This document shows positions 1-5,556 of a stretch of DNA of 5,556 nt, piece after piece. A program made the translations under genes and the position numbers. This DNA is from Takakia lepidozioides. Lineage: Eukaryota > Plantae > Bryophyta. Positions within the stretch are counted from its first letter, which is position 1; every line of letters begins with the position of its first letter. Below the pieces are notes generated by a model. It saw nothing but the letters and a program-made list of their open reading frames with translations, made no database searches and had not been told where the DNA came from. The stretch is from contig JAKLZA010000358.1 in NCBI GenBank assembly GCA_030704615.1, forward strand, positions 1 through 5,556. The letters are read 5' to 3'.

Positions 1-515
1 CAAGACTCCATCAAGGTCAGAAAACATGAATTATACCATGTGGAAGAATACGTGCTGATGCAGCTGATAATATGACCAGAATTCAGATGAAGAGAAAGGA
101 ACAGTTTGATGAAGGCAAGTTAAAGACTTTTAAGACGGGGGATTTGGTTCTATGGTTGCAGAAGAAAGGAAAGATTCAAGCTTCTAAGCTTAAATCACCA
201 TGGAAAGGACCTTATGTCATACAAAAGATGTATGATAACAACACAGCCATGTTACAAACCATTAACAAAGAAATGCTGGGAAGAGTCAATGCAAATAAGT
301 TGAAGGGGTACAGTGGTATCCATGACAACCCCTGCAGCATGATTTGCATGTTGAACCGCAAGAGCAGTCACGGGCTGCACCAGTGTTACGAACGGAGTAT
401 GGAACACTTGTCGCTAGGCCCAGTATATATGACCGGGGTGGGCAAAACAAACGTGACACAGCCTATCACAGCCCATCACGGCGTGACACAGCCTATCACA
501 GCCATCACGGCGTGA
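1..515 (+). CDS. pol: Pol polyprotein C-terminus: integrase GPY/F region (5'-partial, one apparent 1-nt deletion at ~47-50; may extend to TAA 629-631 through the repeat)
   Basis: Frame from base 1 gives QDSIKVRKHELYHVEE; the frame of the 72..515 ORF continues (I)RADAADNMTRIQMKRKEQFD...FKTGDLVLW...KLKSPWKGPY (GPY at 207-215)...VNANKLKGY (285-311). This matches the pattern R..L..LEE.R..A..N......K..D / F..GD.VL / KL...W.GP(Y/F) / VN...LK.Y of Athila/Tat-type integrase tails. Confidence 0.9.
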
Positions 516-672
516 CACAGCCTACTCACAGCCCATCACGGCGTGACACAGCCTATCACAAGCCTATACACCGCAGAGTGTCACAGCCTATCACAGCTTA
601 CCACAGTGCAACACAGCCTATCACAGCGTAACACAGTATGACACAAGCCTGTCACAGCTCAACACAGCCTAC
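452..672 (+). repeat. Tandem array of ~21 ~10-bp units with CACAGC core, organised as a 30-bp higher-order unit CGTGACACAGCCTATCACAGCCCATCACGG
   Basis: 30-mer copies at 452-481 (30 nt), 482-510 (29 nt), 511-541 (31 nt) and a fourth starting at 542; then degenerate 10-mers starting at 582, 592, 602, 612, 622, 632, 642, 653 and 663. Confidence 0.97.
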
Positions 673-719
673 TAAAGTTACACGATCCATAGAATCAGTG
701 ACAAGTGGACACATAAAAA

Positions 720-1130
720 CTTCAGGAAAATGGCTGAAGGAAGAAGAGAACGGAAATTAATTTAAAAATAGACACGTGGAGGTCAGGGTGCGACACACAG
801 CAGAGAATGAAGTGCAAGGACAGGTGTCAAAAAGAAAGAGGACAAGAACGGCCGTCAAAAGGGATGAAAGGCGGGCCCATTAATGATACGGAAAAAGGGA
901 AACAGAACGAACGGCAAGTACAGAAAAACTGAATTCATGTCGCATGTGTGATCCTAGTGGACTATCCAACAGGGAAAGTCCACTAAAGAAGATAAAAGTT
1001 AAAATCCAGTCACAGCGGAATAACAAGAGAAAGAAAATCAAGAAAATGGAGGGAAATTAAGCGCAAGAGGCGGCGTCGTTCTGAGTAACGGGCGTCTCGA
1101 CAGGACAGGCCATAAATGCTATAACTTGGA
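720..1130 (+). promoter_or_regulatory. Purine-rich non-coding spacer; candidate internal promoter for the extra ORF
   Basis: No ORF of 60 aa or more. G-box CACGTG 773-778 (in GACACGTGG), site-II-like GGCCCA 874-879, AACGG at 749, 847, 910 and 1087, and weak TATA-like CATAAAT 1111-1117 and TATAA 1120-1124. The motifs are short, so function is only inferred. Confidence 0.35.
955..985. other. Inverted repeat / hairpin (13-bp stem with one mismatch, 5-nt loop)
   Basis: TAGTGGACTATCC (955-967) - AACAG - GGAAAGTCCACTA (973-985); 12 of 13 positions pair. Confidence 0.8.
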
Positions 1131-1350
1131 AACTATGGAGGAACTAACAGACTATACGCTCGCAATATTACTTACGCAATGGCAGAGACACGAAACGAAA
1201 GAGCAGAGCTTTTCTCTTGAACAATGCTTGCAAGCCCCGCAGGCTTACAAGAGATTACCCATAGCTTTCTGCGGCAACCATACGTTTCTGCTTTGTGCAC
1301 TACAGGCATTCCTGCAGTTGTTACAGCCAAAGCAGTTCTGTGAGTCTAAG

Positions 1351-4300
1351 ATGAAGAGAGTGAGAGGAATGGAGGAATCAGGGTGAAGAGCACCACAATT
1401 CTGCAGAAACAAACGATGGCTACCCCACAGGCGATAAAGATACTGAAGGAGCTGAGATTGGAAGGATTGCAAAGCATGGATTGGACACTACACCATAGAC
1501 AGTACATGTTACAATTTTGCAGAACTTTGAGCAAAGACAGGAACAACAACGGTGAAGGGAGTTGAATTAATGATTACTCCCCTATACCTCCAGCAATTGT
1601 TTCGATTGCCAGCAGGTCATGTGTATGTGGAGGAAACACAGGGAAAGACTGCAAATAGGGGATTTATTCCAAGAAGGGAGTTTCTTTAAAACTCAGGGTT
1701 ATGCTTGTACCAAAGCTGTGTACCCAGGGTTAAAAGACATAGGCCAAGTATTGAACGTTCTGATTGCCCTGAAACAGAACCAACAATATTTGAGCAGATC
1801 CTTCACAGAGGAAATCCTCAAAGGCTTGAAGGGACAAGAGGTACCATGGCGGACATAATGTACAACGCACTGGTAGAGGAGATGAAAAGATTACAAGGTA
1901 CTACCGCAAAATCTCCTATCATAGTGTCTGGCCCAATCATTGCTCAAATAATCCTTAGTCTCGATACTTAATGCACAAGAAAGGAAGGAAATGGGAGTGT
2001 TTGAGCCAGAAACAACTGCAATGGAAGAGCAAGGCTCTTCACACAGTGAGGGTGGACTAGCAGCACAACCCGAGACTAAGAGGCAGAGAAGGGGAAAGAC
2101 TGTAGTGGCGGATCCACTGGCTTCACGGATTCCGCATGATAATGTTTCCCAAGCTCATGACCAGGAAGGGGCACAGCAGCACAAAAGAATGTTATTACTG
2201 GAAGCAGGACCTTCAGAGAGGGAGGAAGAAGTTACTTCTGCATCACAACCAACACAGCCACTTGAACGACTTGTCACAAGGTCACAAGTTATCCATGCAG
2301 CTCAACCCGAAATAATTGATTTGGAAAGTGAAGGGATAGATATTCCAACTACAGAACAGATAGTGGCAGAAATAGAGAAAGGGGACCTTCTCTATGAATA
2401 TTCTGGTCTGGTCAAGCAGACAGAAATCCCAGAGGTGCAACAGTTGCCCAAGAAATCCTGAGGTACATATAATGCACACACCTGTGTCGGAGGTACCACA
2501 GGCGGAAGGCCATGACACTGTAGCACCGGTCATAAATGAAGTAGTTCAGGAAGAAAATCCGGTGGGACAATGGTCTGAATGGTTAGTGAGACATCATACT
2601 GTTGAAGATCAGGAGGAACAGCAGCAACCTCACCATGATGACCCTCAACAGGCAATGCTGATGAGTTCCATAGGCAGGACACTTAATTTGTTGGGGACTT
2701 ATGTCAAAACCCATGTTCCAATTACCCAATTGACAGCCTTGAAAGAAGAACTCAGGAAGGAGTTTGAGGCTCGACTTGCCACTGAGTGTGCAAACAAGGT
2801 CGATGAAGAGGTCACTCTCAAGATGAAGCAGGACTTGGCCAATACAGAAATGGCTTTGCAATTGGCCAAGCAACAATTGATTGAGGCAGGCCTCGCGCAA
2901 GACCAGTTGCACGAAGCACATAAGCAACAGCTATACCAAATGCAGGTGCAGCATGAAAGCAAGTTGCAAGAACTGAATGCACTACATACGGAGTTGCAGA
3001 CAGTGCATAACAGGATGGCGATACAATGCGCTACATTTACAACTATGCTTGACCAATCAACAAAAGAAATAAACAGTCAAGCGGAAAAATGTACGAAGGC
3101 AGAAGAAGAGAATGTGGAGCAAATGAAGCTCATTGTCGATATGAAGAATACAATCTGTCGCAATGAAGATACTTTCAAGCAATACAGGCAGATGGAAGCT
3201 GAGCAAGAGAAATACATCGTGGAGTTGCAACAAACCATCGTGGCCAATAGAAATGAAATCGCGGTCAGTAACAAGGCTTCGAAAGAAGCCAATAATCTAC
3301 TTGCTGCCTATGCGCAATTGGTTGAGCCACAGGCGAAGCGCATGAAGGCTTTACAACAGCAGTTGGAATTGTATAAGCTAAGAGAGGAGCAAACTCTCAG
3401 GGGAACCACAAGCAGCTTGGTGGATAACAGCCTTATGCAGGTCTGGTTAGCACAAGGGCCAGTAGAGGGCAAAGCCCACGGAAGCTCACCCAAAGCGAGA
3501 TGAATGAGCTCAGACTGCAGGTGCAGAACATTGCCACAACTACTATAGACAATGTCTATAGTAGGATAGCAGAGTTACAAGAGGATGTAGACGGACTCCA
3601 GACTCAAGTGGAAGACCTCACTTCAAACATCGACCAAAGAGTCTATATCCCTCAGGAACAGCTAATGGCTTCTTATTTGCAAGCCAGAACTCTGGCTTTT
3701 CAGTCTTCACAGGAGGTGCAGGAGATGCCAATGGTACAGGAACCAGTACCACCACCACCACAACAGGTCAGTGTACCAGTAGCTGAACCTGTGGTTACTA
3801 CAACCACACCACAGCCACCACAGCCGGAGGTATGGGGCAATGCAGCTTTTAACCCACCTAAAACTCCAGCTGCCAGGGAGTACAGTAGGGCTATGATTAT
3901 GCCCTTCAACCAAATTCCCATCATGTTGGATTTGGCTTGGAAAGAATTTAGTCCTCCGCAGTCATTCGCACATTACTACCAAATCATGCGTATTTGGCTG
4001 CCAGTGGCAACCAGGACTAAAGTTCTTCCAAACAATCGACATATTGAAGATCATCACTTTGCACAATACTGGCACGAGGCAGGTACCATGTTGAGGGAAT
4101 TGGTTGCTTTCCAGGTTGTACATGGACTCATTTATACCAAGACCAAGGAGATAGCAAGTATTGTCATGGGGTGCGGGCTATACTACGCTGCTTGTTTTCT
4201 GATACGTTACCACATTGAGCAACAAAAGATGCAAGCACGCTTTCAAAGTTACTCCAGTGGAGATCATTGGGTATTACCTTCGGTGCCACCTCATATGTAC

Positions 4301-4892
4301 CTATATGACCCAAAAGTTATGATACAGAAGGATTCTCAAATTCGTTCATGGTTTCAAGCAGCCTGCAACAATTTGTCAACACAGAAATTCGGACTTGATG
4401 ACATTTTCTATAAGGGACATATCGCATGGAAATACTTGCACGCTGCACCAGTAATTGGTACCCCACTCATTTGGACAGACAAGGAGCTCAGTGTCTACAC
4501 CAATTTGCTGTTCAACGGTTACACCAGGTCGTAAAATGCAAACTTCCAGACATGGTAGGACAGCATTGTATGCCCAAGATGATTCCACAAAAAGTTCGAA
4601 AATTAAAACACCTGAGAGGCGATGAGGATTCTGATACAACTGTTTCTTCACAGAATTCTTTTGACATGGGAGAAGACTATGCAATTCAGATGGAAGAGAA
4701 GAAACAAAGGGATCTCCTATGCCGGAAAGATTACCTCGATATCAGCCTCCAGAAGGCCTCACTTATCCAGGTAGTGATCAACCATCTCCATCAACCAGAG
4801 ACAGACCTCGGGCTCGTACACACAGCCCACCACGAAACTCTCAACGTCAACAAGGTGCTCACTCACAAAGGTTTGCTACTCGGAAACAGTAA
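1351..4892 (+). CDS. Large extra (accessory, env-position) ORF of the retrotransposon, ~1,180 aa after correcting ~9 single-base frameshifts
   Basis: Consecutive + strand fragments abut or overlap and join by 1-nt shifts at ~1382, ~1541, ~1625-1645, ~1849, ~1953, ~2447, ~3476, ~4524 and ~4683, with no internal stop in the joined frame. It ends at TAA 4890-4892, or at TGA 4897-4899 if the last shift is not real. The start is uncertain (ATG 1351, 1416 or 1135). Confidence 0.75.
1416..1968 (+). other. N-terminal globular domain of the extra ORF, resembling plant retroelement accessory domains (putative plant transposon protein/Transposase_32, ATHILA ORF-1, PMD-like)
   Basis: Joined translation: YMLQFCRTLSKD.TTTVKGVELMITPLYLQQLFRLPAG...LKGQEVPW/ADIMYNALVEEMKRL...SGPIIAQII. 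It fits the F...V.G..I.IT...I...F.LP.G and G..V.W...I...L motifs I recall for these families. The key segment (1543-1689) is absent from the ORF track. No HMM search was run. Confidence 0.5.
2394..3503 (+). CDS. Fragment of the extra ORF: long coiled-coil region (real coding probably ~2448-3476)
   Basis: 369-aa ORF rich in E/Q/K/L/A and nearly free of Pro/Gly from ~2724 to ~3400, with heptad-like spacing (LTALKEELRKEF, LQELNALHTELQTV, MKALQQQLELY). Confidence 0.75.
   Translation: MNILVWSSRQKSQRCNSCPRNPEVHIMHTPVSEVPQAEGHDTVAPVINEVVQEENPVGQWSEWLVRHHTVEDQEEQQQPHHDDPQQAMLMSSIGRTLNLLGTYVKTHVPITQLTALKEELRKEFEARLATECANKVDEEVTLKMKQDLANTEMALQLAKQQLIEAGLAQDQLHEAHKQQLYQMQVQHESKLQELNALHTELQTVHNRMAIQCATFTTMLDQSTKEINSQAEKCTKAEEENVEQMKLIVDMKNTICRNEDTFKQYRQMEAEQEKYIVELQQTIVANRNEIAVSNKASKEANNLLAAYAQLVEPQAKRMKALQQQLELYKLREEQTLRGTTSSLVDNSLMQVWLAQGPVEGKAHGSSPKAR
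3500..4534 (+). CDS. Fragment of the extra ORF: short coiled coil, Pro/Thr hinge and aromatic-rich globular domain of unknown family
   Basis: 344-aa ORF: IAELQEDVDGLQTQVEDL, then EPVPPPPQQ...TTTTPQPPQP, then a W/Y/F/H-rich region. The frame is also open upstream of the ATG (RKLTQSE-MNEL). Confidence 0.75.
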   Translation: MNELRLQVQNIATTTIDNVYSRIAELQEDVDGLQTQVEDLTSNIDQRVYIPQEQLMASYLQARTLAFQSSQEVQEMPMVQEPVPPPPQQVSVPVAEPVVTTTTPQPPQPEVWGNAAFNPPKTPAAREYSRAMIMPFNQIPIMLDLAWKEFSPPQSFAHYYQIMRIWLPVATRTKVLPNNRHIEDHHFAQYWHEAGTMLRELVAFQVVHGLIYTKTKEIASIVMGCGLYYAACFLIRYHIEQQKMQARFQSYSSGDHWVLPSVPPHMYLYDPKVMIQKDSQIRSWFQAACNNLSTQKFGLDDIFYKGHIAWKYLHAAPVIGTPLIWTDKELSVYTNLLFNGYTRS

Positions 4893-4893
4893 A

Positions 4894-4913
4894 CCGTGAG
4901 GACACGGCTTTTT
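4894..4913 (+). other. Pre-PPT hairpin and T-tract
   Basis: CCGTG-AGGA-CACGG (4894-4907) then TTTTT (4909-4913). It resembles the stem-(A/G)GGA-stem motif (e.g. CTTGAGGACAAG) commonly seen upstream of the PPT in plant Ty3/Gypsy elements. Confidence 0.7.
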
Positions 4914-4926
4914 GAGGGGGAAGGGG
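4914..4926 (+). other. Polypurine tract (plus-strand primer site)
   Basis: GAGGGGGAAGGGG: 13 purines followed by a 3-nt spacer (TAA) and TGTTAG. Confidence 0.9.
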
Positions 4927-4929
4927 TAA

Positions 4930-5556
4930 TGTTAGAGGACTGTAGGGGACTTAGACACTTATACGGGATCTGTAGGGTACCCTTAATTTTTGCACAGACT
5001 GAGACAAACAGGAACCTTAGGGGTGACAGCAGCGCACTGTAGAGGGGGGTTACATAGCCCACACAGCCGACACAGCAGTCACAGCCCACACAGCCGTCAC
5101 AGCCCACACAGCCACAACAGCCCGTCACAGTCGTCACAGCCCACACAGCCCACACAGCCCGTCACAGTCGTCACAGCAGACACAGCCCACACAGCCAGTC
5201 ACAGCCCGGCACAGCCACACAGCCAGTCACAGCCCGACACAGCCAAACACAGCCAGTCACCGCTTGACACAGCTGTCACGATAATAGGGAACGAAGAGTA
5301 GGACAGGGAACGACTGTGGGGAACAACACCTGTGAAGGGAACATGTTAGTTCACATACGACGGTTAGAGAGGGAAACGGTTAGAACCGCGGATAGGAGGA
5401 TAAAGGGAAAAACGGGAAATGATGAGGGGATCATGATTATCATTATTCGGGGAGGACTTCGGAGTGAGGCGGGAGCGGAAGTCGGTGAGCACGATGAAGG
5501 AGGAAAGAGGATTAGTAGATGCTTGTTATATGCAAAGCTGTAGGGATATTGTAGAG
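4930..5556 (+). repeat. 3' LTR (5' part, U3 region; 3'-truncated)
   Basis: Begins TGTTAG three bases after the PPT; appears non-coding and repeat-rich. The terminal CA, target-site duplication and 5' LTR are outside the window, so the direct repeat cannot be confirmed here. Confidence 0.8.
5053..5280 (+). repeat. Tandem array of ~24 CACAGC-core units (9-10 bp) within the LTR
   Basis: Mostly 9-mers (CACAGCCCA, CACAGCCGT, CACAGTCGT) from 5053 to 5189, then mostly 10-mers (CACAGCCAGT, CACAGCCCGA) from 5190 to 5276. Confidence 0.97.

Larger units (their letters stand above)
1..5556 (+). mobile_element. 3' portion of a Ty3/Gypsy LTR retrotransposon (non-chromovirus, Athila/OTA-like) with an extra ORF between pol and the 3' LTR; truncated at both window edges
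   Basis: Integrase C-terminal GPY/F module at the window start, with integrase last in pol (Gypsy order) and no chromodomain after it. Hairpin + TTTTT + polypurine tract + TAA + TG at 4894-4931 is the usual 3' LTR boundary. Confidence 0.9.

Noticed and set aside
312-451. Chromodomain after the integrase
   Set aside because: No chromodomain signature (Y.V..I / YLVKW.G / TWE) was seen downstream of the GPY/F module.
452-672. CRISPR-like array of ~30-bp repeats
   Set aside because: Units are head-to-tail with no unique spacers and are built from 10-bp subunits; no cas genes are present.
1126-1350. N-terminal extension of the extra ORF from TTG 1126 / ATG 1135
   Set aside because: The frame is open, but it has no recognisable motif and overlaps the pyrimidine-rich leader-like patch. 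It cannot be excluded, so it is left uncalled.
3500-3503. ATGA stop/start overlap suggesting a translationally coupled prokaryotic or phage operon
   Set aside because: The downstream frame is already open upstream (PRKLTQSE), and one missing C at 3475-3477 fuses the two ORFs. The context is a eukaryotic retrotransposon.
1245-4684. Short minus-strand ORFs (e.g. 2583-2927, 2699-2962, 3077-3292, 3700-3924, 4376-4684)
   Set aside because: They are shadows of the biased plus-strand coding sequence, with no motifs and implausible Cys/Leu/Ser or Trp/Gly composition.
1382-4684. Programmed ribosomal frameshifting at the ORF junctions
   Set aside because: There are nine shifts in both directions, and I found no X-XXY-YYZ slippery heptamers at the junctions; simple indels are more parsimonious.
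1351-4892. True retroviral Env glycoprotein, or an SMC/myosin host gene
   Set aside because: No evident signal peptide, fusion peptide or C-terminal anchor, and no Walker A/B or motor motifs. Only the position is env-like.
4894-4913. Rho-independent terminator (hairpin + T run)
   Set aside because: The stem is only 5 bp and is directly followed by the PPT and TG, so the Gypsy pre-PPT motif explains it better.
4859-5301. Cys/Gly-rich minus-strand ORF (4859-5155, metallothionein-like) and His/Ser-rich plus-strand ORF (4990-5301)
   Set aside because: Both are translations of the stop-free 9-bp CACAGC repeat inside the LTR.

Overview
This window reads as the 3' half of a plant-type Ty3/Gypsy LTR retrotransposon on the + strand, probably a non-chromovirus of Athila/OTA-like type. 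In order, it contains the integrase C-terminus with a GPY/F motif (1-~311), a CACAGC-core tandem array (452-672), a ~0.65 kb purine-rich spacer with plant promoter-like motifs, and a long extra coding region. That is followed by a hairpin, T-tract and polypurine tract (4894-4926) and the start of the 3' LTR (TG at 4930), which carries a second CACAGC array. The + strand ORF fragments between 1351 and 4899 join into one ~1,180-aa protein (1351-4892) if nine single-base indels are corrected. Most of these indels lie in short homopolymers and no nonsense codons are needed, so they look more like read or assembly errors than decay. The protein has a plant-retroelement accessory-type N-terminal domain, an NLS- and SIM-like linker, a long coiled coil, a Pro hinge, an unrecognised aromatic-rich domain and a basic R/S/P tail. 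The best candidate for a new system is this nuclear-looking accessory protein paired with CACAGC arrays in both non-coding control regions, by analogy to VANC/VANDAL anti-silencing; that link is inference only. All family assignments come from reading motifs by eye, not from database searches.
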